Notes under the pieces: generated by a model
What the model was told of the DNA's origin: nothing
The model's database searches: none
Seen by the model: the letters and a program-made list of their open reading frames with translations, nothing else
Made by a program: the position numbers and the translations under genes
In this document: piece after piece, positions 9,127 through 18,847 of the stretch
How the letters are laid out: every line of letters begins with the position of its first letter
How positions within the stretch are numbered: the first letter of the stretch is position 1
Source of the DNA: an uncultured Chloroflexia bacterium
GTDB lineage: Bacteria > Chloroflexota > Limnocylindria > QHBO01
Direction of reading: 5' to 3'
NCBI GenBank assembly: GCA_963825525.1
Contig: CAWGTN010000002.1
Location: 1,088,001-1,152,000 of the forward strand
DNA: 64,000 nt

Positions 9127-10629
9127 GTGACCGATGGCAGCGTCGACCGGCCAGCTTCGACCGCGTCCGAGGGCGAGCCGCCTCGGCGCCGGCCCCTCCT
9201 GCGCCGGCTTCTCGGCGAATCGGCCGTCTACGGTCTGGGTGGCGTCGCCAACCAGGCGCTCGCCATCATCCTCGTCCCGATCTACGCGCGGCAGCTGGGA
9301 CTGGAGAACTACGGCATCGTCGCGCTGCTGACGACGACGCTGTCCCTCTCGACCCTCGTCTCCACCCTCGCCCTGCCACATGCCTTCTTCCGGTCATACC
9401 TCAAGGAGTCGGACGATGAGCGGCAGCGCGCCCACGTCCTGAGAACAACCCTGGGGCTTCGGCTCGTCGTCTCGCTGATTGCGCTCGCGATCCTGCTGGC
9501 CCTCGCGTTTCCGGTCGCCGGGCTCCTCATCGGCACCGAGGGGGCATGGGTGCTGCTGGCGCTCATCGGTCCGATCGTCTTCTTCGACACCCTGAACCTG
9601 GTCCCCCTCTCCTTCCTGCGAGCGGAGCGCCGCCCGATTCCCTACGCCACGATCGCCTTCAGCCGCGCGGTCATCGGCAGCCTCCTCATCATCCTGTTCG
9701 TCGTGGTGCTCGACATGGGCGTGATGGGGGTTGTCCTGGGGTCGGCACTTTCGGCGACGATCACGGCGACCAGTGGGTTGGTCCTGCTTGCCCGGGACGG
9801 AAGGCTGGGCATCGGGTTCGACCGGGCGCTCGTTCGTCATATGCTGGCCTTCAGCCTTCCACTGGTGCCGGCATCGATCGCCAGCTGGACGCTCAACCTC
9901 TCGGACCGGTACCTGATCAGCGCGTTCGACGGCGCGGCGGCGGTCGGCACCTACTCCGCCGGATATACCGTCGGACTGGCCATCAACGCCCTCGCCATCT
10001 CACCGTTCACGCTTGCCTGGGGAGCGGCGTACTGGGAGATCGCCCGCCACGATGACGCGCGGGCCGTGATCGGGCGGGTGCTCACGGGGTTCACCGCGCT
10101 GGCGTCGTTCGCGGCGCTCGGGCTGGCCGCGCTGTCGACGGATGTCTTCCGCATCCTGCTCACCCCGGAGTTCGAGCCGGGGCGCTACGTCACCCCCTTC
10201 AGCGCCTTCGCCTACGTCTTCTACGGGATCTTCACGATCGTCACCACCGGCCTCAATCTCGAGAGCCAGACGCGCCGCCTGCCACTGGTGATGGGCGCGA
10301 CCGCCGTGGTCAACGTCGTGCTCAACCTCCTGCTCATCCCCCGTCTTGGCTACCTCGGGGCGGCGATCTCGACCCTGGCGAGCTACGGGATGCTGGCGCT
10401 GGTCGCCGGGCGTGTCTCGCAGCGCTATTACCCGGTGCCGTGGGAGCTGGCGCGCGTCGCTGCCCTGCTGGGGCTGGCCGGCGTCCTGGCGGCGGCGGCG
10501 TTGCTCGGGCCCGACCACGTGGCGTGGCGACTGGCGTGCATCGCCGCCTACCCGATCCTGGTGTTCATCCTGCGCCTGGTGCCAGCCCAGCTCCTCGATC
10601 CGATCACACGCGCACTGCGCCGATCCTGA
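9127..10629 (+). CDS. Wzx-type oligosaccharide flippase (MOP/PST family)
   Basis: Many TM helices; ESAVYGLG, YARQLGLENYG, FSLPLVP, SDRYLI, VGTYSAG. TACAAT lies 8 nt before GTG 9127. Confidence 0.85.
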   Translation: MTDGSVDRPASTASEGEPPRRRPLLRRLLGESAVYGLGGVANQALAIILVPIYARQLGLENYGIVALLTTTLSLSTLVSTLALPHAFFRSYLKESDDERQRAHVLRTTLGLRLVVSLIALAILLALAFPVAGLLIGTEGAWVLLALIGPIVFFDTLNLVPLSFLRAERRPIPYATIAFSRAVIGSLLIILFVVVLDMGVMGVVLGSALSATITATSGLVLLARDGRLGIGFDRALVRHMLAFSLPLVPASIASWTLNLSDRYLISAFDGAAAVGTYSAGYTVGLAINALAISPFTLAWGAAYWEIARHDDARAVIGRVLTGFTALASFAALGLAALSTDVFRILLTPEFEPGRYVTPFSAFAYVFYGIFTIVTTGLNLESQTRRLPLVMGATAVVNVVLNLLLIPRLGYLGAAISTLASYGMLALVAGRVSQRYYPVPWELARVAALLGLAGVLAAAALLGPDHVAWRLACIAAYPILVFILRLVPAQLLDPITRALRRS

Positions 10630-10633
10630 TCCG

Positions 10634-11551
10634 TCACGGGGTCGGCGGCGCCAGGTCATCCCAGATCCGAGCCATCGCCTCCTGCCAGCGCACGAGGCTG
10701 TACCGCTCGGCCGTGTCGGCGACCGCCCGCGGGTCATAGTCGGGCACGGCCCGCAGCGCCTCCGCGAAGTCGCCGTCGCGCACCAGCGTCCCGTTCGTCC
10801 CGTCGACGATGATGTCGCGCAACCCACCGACATCGCTGGCGACCACCCATCGCCCGCTGGCAAGGGCCTCGACCGCGACGAGGCCGAACGGCTCGGCAAC
10901 CGACGGCACGAGGACCACGTCGTGATCGGCCATGAGGACGGGCACCTCCTCGGGGGCCACGTCACGCAACCAGGGACCGACCATGGTGGTCGCCAGCGGG
11001 AGGGCGACCTGGTACCCCTTGCGAGGATTCTTGCCGCCCAGGTAGAGCACGCGATCGGCGCGCGGTCGTGGCGTGACGGCGAACCGGTCGAGATCGACCC
11101 CGGGCGGCTCCACCATCGGCTCGACGCCCATCCTGCGGATATGGGCCGCCGTGTCCTGCGAATTCGTCACCACGCGCGACGCGCGACGGATGACGAACCG
11201 GGTGAGCCAGCGGATGGGCAACGGCCTGTGCTCCCAGTCGCGCACGTCGCCCCCATGTGAGTACACGACCAGCGGCACCCTCCTCAGTCGCGCAACGGCA
11301 AGTCCGACGAGCCCGGTCGGGACGGCCATGTGGGCCTCGACCCCGCGGATGGGCCCCGCGACCCGCAGAGCGTTGACGAACAGCAGGGCGTAGAGCAGCG
11401 GCCACGGTTCGCGGCCGGTGCGGGGACGAACGACGACGAGGCCGTCGACCCCGCTCACACGATCACGAACGTAGCTTCCGAGGCTGGGGCGCGCGCGCGA
11501 CGGCCAGATGCGCGTGAGGACGAGGATGCGCTCCCCGCCACGATCAGGCAT
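10634..11551 (-). CDS. Compact glycosyltransferase family 4
   Basis: ILVLTRIWPS, YSHGGDV, PPGVD, EPFGLVAVEALASG, SDVGGL. Start ATG 11551 overlaps the upstream gene's stop. Confidence 0.8.
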   Translation of the reverse strand: MPDRGGERILVLTRIWPSRARPSLGSYVRDRVSGVDGLVVVRPRTGREPWPLLYALLFVNALRVAGPIRGVEAHMAVPTGLVGLAVARLRRVPLVVYSHGGDVRDWEHRPLPIRWLTRFVIRRASRVVTNSQDTAAHIRRMGVEPMVEPPGVDLDRFAVTPRPRADRVLYLGGKNPRKGYQVALPLATTMVGPWLRDVAPEEVPVLMADHDVVLVPSVAEPFGLVAVEALASGRWVVASDVGGLRDIIVDGTNGTLVRDGDFAEALRAVPDYDPRAVADTAERYSLVRWQEAMARIWDDLAPPTP

Positions 11552-12602
11552 CGGCGCCCACCAGGGCCGAAACGATGTCCGACGCCCGCCCGGACCACGA
11601 TGCGGCACGTGCCGCACCGCGCGCGTTGGCCGACCATGCATCGAGCTCCTCGGCCGATGCGGCGGCCAGGCGGCCGATGGCGACGGCAAGCTCGCGGGCG
11701 CTGTCGCCGGAGACGATGCCGGCGTCGGCCGATGTGACGACGCGGGCCTGCTCCTCGCAGTCGGTCACGAGCAGCGGCCGCCCATACGAGAGGTAGTCGA
11801 ACAGCTTGATCGGCAGCGCCAGGTCGTTGTACGGGCTGCGCGGACGCGGGATCACCGTGGCCAACACCGCCGGCAGGAGATCGACGATCGCCGATCCTTC
11901 GGCCCGCACGATCCGCATCCACTCCGGATGCGGCGGTGGTGGCTCCTGCCCCGGACGGCAGACGATCGTGAGCTCGACGGCCACTCCGTTGGTCCGCGCC
12001 AGGCCGGTCGCCTCGATCAGCCGATCGGCGCCCTGCGCCGGAAGTCGGGCATCCCCCACGAACAGCAGCTGACGCGCGTCACGCTCCCTGGTGACCTCGA
12101 CCGGCGCGGGTGAACCGGGTGGGAGCAGCAGTGGATGGCCGCCCGAACCGAGGACCGCACGGGCGAGGCCCAAGGTCGGGAATGCGAGCCGGGTTGACAC
12201 CGCGCCGAGCGCGCGAACGGCAGGCAGAAAGGCCCGGGCGCCCATCCGCCGTCGCAGCGTATCGGCCCGGTAGTAGTCCTCGAAGAGCTGGTAGGCATCA
12301 CGGATGTAGGTCAGCACCGGAATGCCGAGCGCGCGCGCCAAGGCCAGGGCGGCATAGTCCGCCTCCGCGGGCAGGAAGCTCGAGCTCTCGACGTAGATAC
12401 CGGCCAGACCGCGCATTCGACCCGACAGCGTGTAGCGGGCAAGGGCGGCGCGCCGAGGTCCGCGATATCCACTGACCACGTCGAGGTCCACCAGCCGATC
12501 GAGCTCGTCACGCAGGTGAGTGATCCGAACCGTCGGCCCCCACATGCCCTGGTCCAGGGGGTACATCGAGAGCAGAAGCAGCCGGGGGCGTGGTCGGACC
12601 AG
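11544..12602 (-). CDS. Glycosyltransferase family 4 (probable CTG start)
   Basis: YIRD, ALPIKLFDYLSYGRPLLV. The first beta-strand RLLLLS lies upstream of the first ATG (12566); GGAGG sits 6 nt before an in-frame CTG at 12602. Confidence 0.75.
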   Translation of the reverse strand: MVRPRPRLLLLSMYPLDQGMWGPTVRITHLRDELDRLVDLDVVSGYRGPRRAALARYTLSGRMRGLAGIYVESSSFLPAEADYAALALARALGIPVLTYIRDAYQLFEDYYRADTLRRRMGARAFLPAVRALGAVSTRLAFPTLGLARAVLGSGGHPLLLPPGSPAPVEVTRERDARQLLFVGDARLPAQGADRLIEATGLARTNGVAVELTIVCRPGQEPPPPHPEWMRIVRAEGSAIVDLLPAVLATVIPRPRSPYNDLALPIKLFDYLSYGRPLLVTDCEEQARVVTSADAGIVSGDSARELAVAIGRLAAASAEELDAWSANARGAARAASWSGRASDIVSALVGADA

Positions 12603-12672
12603 GACGAACCTCCGAGTACCGTGTGCGGGCGCTGTGATTCTAGCCGCTGCGCGGCAGGGACCTTTGAAGGGC

Positions 12673-12703
12673 CGGCGGACGGCGCTGCGCGCGCCGCCCG
12701 CCG
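12673..12703 (-). terminator. GC-rich hairpin downstream of glnA
   Basis: 13-bp stem with one G-U pair on the minus-strand transcript, 5-nt loop, about 10 nt after the glnA stop. No U-tract. Confidence 0.55.
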
Positions 12704-12714
12704 ATCACCGTGCC

Positions 12715-14082
12715 CTAGAAGGCCTCGAGGTAGCGGTCGACCTCCCACTTGCTGACCTGGGTGCGGTACTCGTCCCACTCCTCGGTCTTGGCCTCGACGA
12801 AGCGCTCGAACACGTGGTCACCCAGCGCGTCGCGGATGACCTCGTCCTTCTTCAGCTCCTCGAGCGCCTCGCGCAGGGTGCCGGGCAGCTGCCGGATCTT
12901 GCGAGACTCGAGCTTGGCGGCGTCGAAGTGATAGAGGTTCTCTTCGATCGGGTCGGGCGGCGTGAGCTTGCGCTCGACGCCGTCCAGGCCGGCGGCCAGC
13001 ATGGCGGCAAAGGCCAGGTACGGGTTGGCCGACGGGTCCGGGCAGCGCAGCTCGATGCGGACCGAGTTGAGGCTGCCGTGGCTGATCTGCGGGATGCGGA
13101 TCAGCGCCGATCGGTTGATTCGGGCCCAGCCGACGTAGACCGGCGCCTCGTAGCCGGGGACGAGACGCTTGTACGAGTTCACCAGCGGGGCGAGGACCGC
13201 GATCATGCCGCGCGCGTGCTCCAGCGTGCCGGCGATGTACTGCCGCGCCAGCGTGCTGAGGCCATAGGCGTCCTTCGGGTCGCTGAACGCGTTCTTGCCC
13301 TTCTTGATGTCCCACAGGGACTGATGGGTGTGCATGCCGGATCCGTTGATGCCGAAGAACGGCTTCGGCATGAAGGTGGCGTACAGGCCCTTCGACGCGG
13401 CGACCGCCTTGAGCGTCGTCTTGAAGGTGACCGCGTTATCGGCCGTGCGGAGCGCCTCGGCGTACTCGAAGTCGATCTCGTGCTGTCCGGTCGCCACTTC
13501 GTGGTGCGCCGTCTCGACCTTGATCCCGAAGTCCTCGAGCGAGTTCATCATCTCCTTGCGAACCTCGGTGCCGAGGTCCTCGGAGAGGTCGAAGTAGCCG
13601 GCCGCATCGTGCGGAAGGGTCTCGACCCCGTCGGCCGACCGGCGCAGGAGGAAGAACTCGAGCTCGGGACCGGTGTTCAGGACGAAGCCGAGCTTCTTGA
13701 CGCGCTCGAGCTGTCGCTTCAGCACGCCACGCGGATCACCCGGGAACGGGTCGCCGTTCGGGGTGAAGACGTCGCAGATCACGCGCGCCGAGCCGGTGTG
13801 CAGCTTCTCCTTGCCGTCGGGACCGATGCCGGGCTCCCACGGGATCGGACTGAACGTGTCGAGGTCCGGCACGAGGAACATGTCGGACTCGGCGATGCGG
13901 GCGAAGCCCTCGATGCTCGAGCCGTCGAACCACTTGCCGCCGCTGACGGCCCCTTCGAGCTGGTGCATCGGCACCTGGACCGACTTCACCTGCCCGACGA
14001 TGTCGGTGAACTGGAGACTGACGAATCGCAGGTTGCGGTCCTCGGCCAGCTTCATGACGGAAGCGAGCTTGGTTGGTGCCAT
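12715..14082 (-). CDS. glnA: Glutamine synthetase type I (alpha-like)
   Basis: FDGSSIEGFARIAESDM, GPELEFF, HHEVATGQHEIDF, MPKPFFGINGSGMH, NRSALIRIP, RIELRCPDPSANPY. Confidence 0.92.
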   Translation of the reverse strand: MAPTKLASVMKLAEDRNLRFVSLQFTDIVGQVKSVQVPMHQLEGAVSGGKWFDGSSIEGFARIAESDMFLVPDLDTFSPIPWEPGIGPDGKEKLHTGSARVICDVFTPNGDPFPGDPRGVLKRQLERVKKLGFVLNTGPELEFFLLRRSADGVETLPHDAAGYFDLSEDLGTEVRKEMMNSLEDFGIKVETAHHEVATGQHEIDFEYAEALRTADNAVTFKTTLKAVAASKGLYATFMPKPFFGINGSGMHTHQSLWDIKKGKNAFSDPKDAYGLSTLARQYIAGTLEHARGMIAVLAPLVNSYKRLVPGYEAPVYVGWARINRSALIRIPQISHGSLNSVRIELRCPDPSANPYLAFAAMLAAGLDGVERKLTPPDPIEENLYHFDAAKLESRKIRQLPGTLREALEELKKDEVIRDALGDHVFERFVEAKTEEWDEYRTQVSKWEVDRYLEAF

Positions 14083-14181
14083 GGAAAACCTCAATGGGTG
14101 GGACGAACATGGATCGTCCTTCAGCCTATCGAGCCGGCTCCGTCACGAGCGGGCGGAGAAGGCCGATCAGTCGCCGATGTC

Positions 14182-14198
14182 TTGTGCAATCTGCACAA
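14182..14198. promoter_or_regulatory. Palindromic operator TTGTGCA-N3-TGCACAA upstream of glnA
   Basis: Perfect 7-bp inverted repeat, AT-rich for this DNA, 100 nt upstream of the glnA start. Same geometry as the PucR-family PutR box TTGTGG-N5-CCACAA. Confidence 0.65.
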
Positions 14199-14204
14199 TG
14201 CCGA

Positions 14205-15207
14205 TCAGCCGTGCGGGTCGTCATCCCGGAGCAGGTCGAGAGCGTCATCCGGCCGGCGAGGATCGATCCCGAGCTCGGTGGCCGCCCGGCGCAGGCGGTA
14301 GAGGACGGTATTGCGATGGACGCCGAGTGCGCGGGCGGCCGGTGCCACGCGCCCGTTCGCGCGGGCCACGGCCACGAGGGTGTCGCGCAGCGGATCACCG
14401 CTCGACGGCCTGCTCTTCGGGAGGCGCCTGCCCCGAGCCGGTTCCGCCGCGCGGCGCCGCAGGAGCGCGCGGAGAGTGACCGCCAGCGACTCGAGTCCCA
14501 CCTCGTCGATGCGCGCGGGCGGAAGATCGTCGAACAGCCAGGCCGATGCACCCGGGCGAATCTCTCGCTCGAGGACCCACAGACCGTCGCGGGTGCGACG
14601 CGCCATGGCTCCGGCGTCCGATCGGTCGGCCAGGAGGCGCGCATGGGTGGCGGCGAAACGCGTGGCGAGCGCGCGTCCCGCAGGGCGCGGGTTGAGCGCG
14701 GCCAGGGCGCCATCCACCGTGACCGCGACGCCGCGCCGCAGGCGGGTGGCCAGCACGCCCGCCGGTGCAGCCGGCCTGCGGATCGGCGAGGGCGGCTTCG
14801 GCGCCCGCCAGACGGAGGTCGGAGGCAAAGGCCCGCAGCTCATCGGCCTCGTGCTCGAGATGGCGAACGGCCGTCGCCAGCACGCTGGCGGGCGAGGCCG
14901 CTCCGGCCAGGATCGGCAGATCGGCGCGCGCGGCATCGAGCCGCAGATCACCGTCACCTGCGATCCATACGGCCGACGGGGCGAGCGCCGCTTGGGCCAG
15001 CGCGTCCACCAGCACGTCGGCGGCCGCACCCGCCACGATCGACGGGTCGGCGATGAGCAGCTCCCCATCCGACAGCGGGGGAAGGTACGGCGTTGCGGCA
15101 CGAGTGCGCGCCACACCCCGGACGGGACGCGACAGCTGGTCGGGCGAGCCCGACACCAGCCGAGCCGCAGGGTCGACGCTGCGCCACAGGTCGAGGACGC
15201 TGGTCAC
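14205..15207 (-). CDS. PucR/CdaR-family transcriptional regulator (interrupted by a +1 frameshift near 14775)
   Basis: N-terminal PucR-like segment (VTSVLDLW...LSRPVRGV) in one frame; C-terminal HTH (AARALGVHRNTVLYRLRR) in another. Removing one base at ...ADPQ/g/PAAPAG joins them. Confidence 0.8.
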
Positions 15208-16448
15208 GCTGACGCCCCGAAGGCCGACGAGAGGCGGCGGAGCTCGTCCTCCGCCCGATCGAACCGTTCGCCGCGCAGCAGCAGCTCCAGGCTCCCGGCA
15301 CGTCGGCGGACGGTGAGCCGGCGCCGAGGCAGCCAGAACCCGATGGCCAGCGCGGCGCTCATGGCCGCCGCACCGCCGAATACGATCATCACTCCCGGAT
15401 CGCGCCGCGACACGAAGGTGACCCAGGCGTCGAACGCCTGGACCTCGACCTCGACCGGACCCAGCCGCGCTCGTTCGCCCGGGCGCAGCCGCACGGTGTC
15501 GATGAGCCCATCGGCCCCGATGGCGCTGACGCCCAGTTCGTTCCGCGCCGCATCGGCCAGGGCAAGCCCCAGTGTGATGCCGGCGCTCGGCAGCTCCGCG
15601 GATCCGACGGCAGCCCCTCCCTGCGAGCCGTCGAGCGGAATGGCGGCGTCGAGCAGGGTCGCGCCGCCAAGCGTGGCCACCCGCAGGCGCACGGCCGGAC
15701 CGTAGGTCCACGGATGGACCAGGTAGCCGTCGAAGCCGGCCGGCTCGTTCACCCGCAGGATCGATCGGTCGACCGCCTCACCGTGACGCAGGAACGTCAC
15801 GGTCGTGTCGAGACGCCGCGGACGGGCATCAGGTCCGAACTCGGCATCGAACTCCTCGAGGCGCACGGCCGATGCGAACCCCGGACGAGGGGCATCCAGA
15901 AGGGCCTGGTCGCCGCGCAGCAGCGAGAAGACGACCTCGGACCCGAACGCCGATCCGATCGCGACGCCGAGCACCACCACCACGAGGGCCAGGTGGCTGC
16001 CCAGGGCCGCATAGCGCGACCATCCGCGCCGAACGCCGTGGATCGCGGCGTGCGACCGTCCCGTCTCAGTTCGTGTCCGATAGCCCGAGGCACGCAGAAC
16101 GAGGACGAGCCGCTCATCGCTCATCTCCGGCAGGGCCAGGCGCAGGGTTCCGGGTGCCGCCTGCACGGGGGTTGGCCGCCGCCACTCCCGCCACACCGTT
16201 GGCGAGCGAACCGCGACGGCCGCGATGCCGGTGAGGGCCACCAGTCCCAGCAGGACCGCGTACGGCCAGCCATCGAGGCTCGCTGGCCCGCCGGGCAACA
16301 GTGCGGCCACCGCGTTGGACGCGCCGGCCAACAGGAGCAATGCCAATCCCAGCCGTGCATCGCCGAGGAGGCGAAGTGTCCGTTCTCCCGCTCGAGCAAG
16401 GCGCTCGCCGACCGGCGTCGCCGCGGTCGCTACGGGCGACGCGCTCAC
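15204..16448 (-). CDS. ResB/CcsB-like cytochrome c biogenesis protein
   Basis: N-terminal TMs, GWSRYAALGSHLALVVVVLG, LRVNEP, RRDPGVMIVFGG, GFWLPRRR C-terminal TM, all ResB-family features. Confidence 0.7.
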   Translation of the reverse strand: MSASPVATAATPVGERLARAGERTLRLLGDARLGLALLLLAGASNAVAALLPGGPASLDGWPYAVLLGLVALTGIAAVAVRSPTVWREWRRPTPVQAAPGTLRLALPEMSDERLVLVLRASGYRTRTETGRSHAAIHGVRRGWSRYAALGSHLALVVVVLGVAIGSAFGSEVVFSLLRGDQALLDAPRPGFASAVRLEEFDAEFGPDARPRRLDTTVTFLRHGEAVDRSILRVNEPAGFDGYLVHPWTYGPAVRLRVATLGGATLLDAAIPLDGSQGGAAVGSAELPSAGITLGLALADAARNELGVSAIGADGLIDTVRLRPGERARLGPVEVEVQAFDAWVTFVSRRDPGVMIVFGGAAAMSAALAIGFWLPRRRLTVRRRAGSLELLLRGERFDRAEDELRRLSSAFGASA

Positions 16449-17626
16449 GTCCGGGGTCTGGCTGCGCCGACGAGATCCTCGATCAGGTCCGCCACATCCT
16501 CGAGGCCGATCGAGATGCGCACCGTTCCCGCGGTCATGCCGGCGGCCGCCAGCTCCGCGTCGTCGAGCTGCCGATGTGACGAGCTCGCCGGATGGCTCAC
16601 CAGCGTCTCGGCGCTCCCCAGGCTCGTGGCGTGGACCGCCACGCGCACCGCGTCAAGGAACTGCTCGCCGTGTGCCTGGCCTCCCTCCAGCTCAACGGCG
16701 AGCATGCCACCGGCCATGCCCCGATGGAGGATCCGCATCGCGAGATCGTGCTGCGGATGCGAGGGCAGGCCTGGGTAGCGGACCGCCCCGACTCCGGGAG
16801 CCCGTTCGAGCGCCTCGGCCACGGCCAGGGCGTTCGACGAGTGGCGTTCCATGCGGAGCATCAGGGTCTTGAGGCCACGGAGCGCCAGGAATGCCTCGAG
16901 CGGCGCCGCATTGCCGCCGACCGTGACCGCCACGCGTCGAGCTGCCCGGATGAGATCGGCCGAGCCCGCGACGGCACCGCCCATCAGGTCGGAATGGCCG
17001 CCGATGTACTTGGTGGTCGAATGCACCACCAGGTCGGCGCCGAGCTGCAACGGGTTCGCGAGCGCCGGCGACGCGAAGGTGCTGTCCACGCAGACGAGGA
17101 CGCCATGCCGATGAGCAAGTTCCGAAAGCGTGGCAATGTCGGCGACGGCGGTCGTCGGGTTGCTGATCGTCTCGAGCCACAGGAGGCGGGTGTGTTCGCC
17201 GATCGCCGCCTCGACGGCGGCGGCATCGGTCGTGTCGACCGCGGTGTGCCTGATGCCGGATCGATCGAGGACGACGCTGGCCAGTCCGACCAAGCCGCCG
17301 TACACGGCACGGGGCATGATCAGCTCCTCGCCTGACCGAAGCATGGCGAGCACGACGGCGTGGATGGCTGCCATGCCCGATCCGGTGACGAGCGCTGCCT
17401 CGGCCCCTTCGAGCTCGGCCAGCGCATCCTCGAGCGCGGTGTGGGTCGGGTTCGAGTAGCGAGAGTACGAGTGGCCCGGGCGTGAGAACTCGAGGAGCTC
17501 CGCGAGCTCGGTCGCATCGCCCACTTCGAACGTGCTGGTCTGATAGATCGGCACGTTGACCGGCGGCTGTGGCGCCGCAGGCGCGTGACTGGCCGCGCGA
17601 ATGGCGCGTGTGGAGAAGCCCGGCAT
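16445..17626 (-). CDS. PLP-dependent Cys/Met metabolism enzyme (cystathionine gamma-synthase/lyase or methionine gamma-lyase family)
   Basis: PIYQTSTF, YSRYSNPT, SGMAAI, ETISNPT, DSTFASP, HSTTKYIGGHSD, SLGSAETL. Confidence 0.9.
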   Translation of the reverse strand: MPGFSTRAIRAASHAPAAPQPPVNVPIYQTSTFEVGDATELAELLEFSRPGHSYSRYSNPTHTALEDALAELEGAEAALVTGSGMAAIHAVVLAMLRSGEELIMPRAVYGGLVGLASVVLDRSGIRHTAVDTTDAAAVEAAIGEHTRLLWLETISNPTTAVADIATLSELAHRHGVLVCVDSTFASPALANPLQLGADLVVHSTTKYIGGHSDLMGGAVAGSADLIRAARRVAVTVGGNAAPLEAFLALRGLKTLMLRMERHSSNALAVAEALERAPGVGAVRYPGLPSHPQHDLAMRILHRGMAGGMLAVELEGGQAHGEQFLDAVRVAVHATSLGSAETLVSHPASSSHRQLDDAELAAAGMTAGTVRISIGLEDVADLIEDLVGAARPRT

Positions 17627-17689
17627 GGCTGAGGAGTCTACAGGCGCATCGCGGCATCCACCGGGCGGAGCCGGTAGCATGGGCGACCC

Positions 17690-18835
17690 ATGCAACGCTT
17701 CCGTTCCCGCTCCGCGCTGCTCGCCGCCGTCGGACTCATCCTCATTCTCGCGTTGGCGATCGCCGGAGCCGTGATCCTGACCGGCACACCGGAGCCGACG
17801 CCGACACCGTCACCGACGCCGTCACCGTCCCCCAGTCCGTCGCCGAGCCCGAGCCCGTCTCCGTCCCCGAGCCCGAGCCCCTCGCCGAGCCCCACCCCGG
17901 TCGCGGTCTGCCCGATGAATGGCACGGCCATCGCCAGTCCCGAGCTTGCCGAACGCGTCCCGATCCTCGTGCAGATCGAGAACAACCCGACAGCCCGACC
18001 GCCATCCGGCCTCAACCTGGCCGACCTCGTGATCGAGGCGCCGGTCGAGGGCGACACCACGCGGTTCGCCGCGGTCTACATGTGCAGCGAGTCGGTCGAC
18101 GCCGCCGTCGGCCCCGTCCGTTCTGCGCGCTACTTCAACATCGATTACTGGCAGCAGATGGGCGCCGTGACCTTCCACTTCGGCGGCGCATCAAAGGTGT
18201 TGGCCCGCTTCAACGGCGCCGCCATGCCGTACGCGAACGGGCTGACCGGTGGATGGGGCTTCTTCTTCCGTGCCGGCCCGTGGGCCGCACCCCACAACGT
18301 GTACTTCGACGTGGATGCCGGCCGCGCCGAGCTCGAGGACGGATTCCTGGCTCCACTGGCGGAAGCCGCGGGCGAGGTGCGGGCGCCCTTCGAGTTCGAG
18401 GACGAGCCGGACCTCCCGGAGGGGCGGGCCGTTGGTGCTGTCGGACTCCAGACTTCGAGCTTCTGGCGCTTCGGCTGGGAGTGGGATGCAACCGCGGGAG
18501 CGTGGCTCCGTACCGATGGCGGAGGTGCCAACTTCGATCGGCTCAGCGGCGACCGGATCAGCGCCCGGACGGTCATCGTCCAGGTTGTCCAGCAGGACGT
18601 GCTGGTCGGTGAGAACGATCCGGGTGGATTCCCGCGCCGCTTCCAGCACCTCGTCGGCGAGGGAACCGGCGTGCTCTACGTCAACGGCCGAGCCCACGAC
18701 GTTCGGTGGAATCGCGCTGCCGCGGAGGACGTGACGAGCTGGACGTACGCGGACTCGGGCGAGCCCGTGATCCTGCCTCCAGGCCGGATCTGGTGGGAGA
18801 TCGTGCCGGTCGGCAGCGGGATCAGCGAGGGCTGA
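17690..18835 (+). CDS. DUF3048 (YerB-like) membrane-anchored extracellular protein with Pro/Ser/Thr linker
   Basis: N-terminal TM, (SP)n linker, IENNPTARPPSGLNLADLVIEAPVEGDTTRF, GPVRSARY, APHNVY. Confidence 0.85.
   Translation: MQRFRSRSALLAAVGLILILALAIAGAVILTGTPEPTPTPSPTPSPSPSPSPSPSPSPSPSPSPSPSPTPVAVCPMNGTAIASPELAERVPILVQIENNPTARPPSGLNLADLVIEAPVEGDTTRFAAVYMCSESVDAAVGPVRSARYFNIDYWQQMGAVTFHFGGASKVLARFNGAAMPYANGLTGGWGFFFRAGPWAAPHNVYFDVDAGRAELEDGFLAPLAEAAGEVRAPFEFEDEPDLPEGRAVGAVGLQTSSFWRFGWEWDATAGAWLRTDGGGANFDRLSGDRISARTVIVQVVQQDVLVGENDPGGFPRRFQHLVGEGTGVLYVNGRAHDVRWNRAAAEDVTSWTYADSGEPVILPPGRIWWEIVPVGSGISEG
17789..17899 (+). repeat. Low-complexity (Pro-Thr/Pro-Ser)n coding repeat
   Basis: Encodes PEPTPTPSPTPSPSPSPSP...PTP using mixed synonymous codons. 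Confidence 0.85.
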
Positions 18836-18847
18836 CGGCCGGCCCGC

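Noticed and set aside
17789-17899. Phase-variable microsatellite
   Set aside because: Synonymous codons are mixed and the unit is a multiple of 3, so it is a protein linker rather than a slippage switch.
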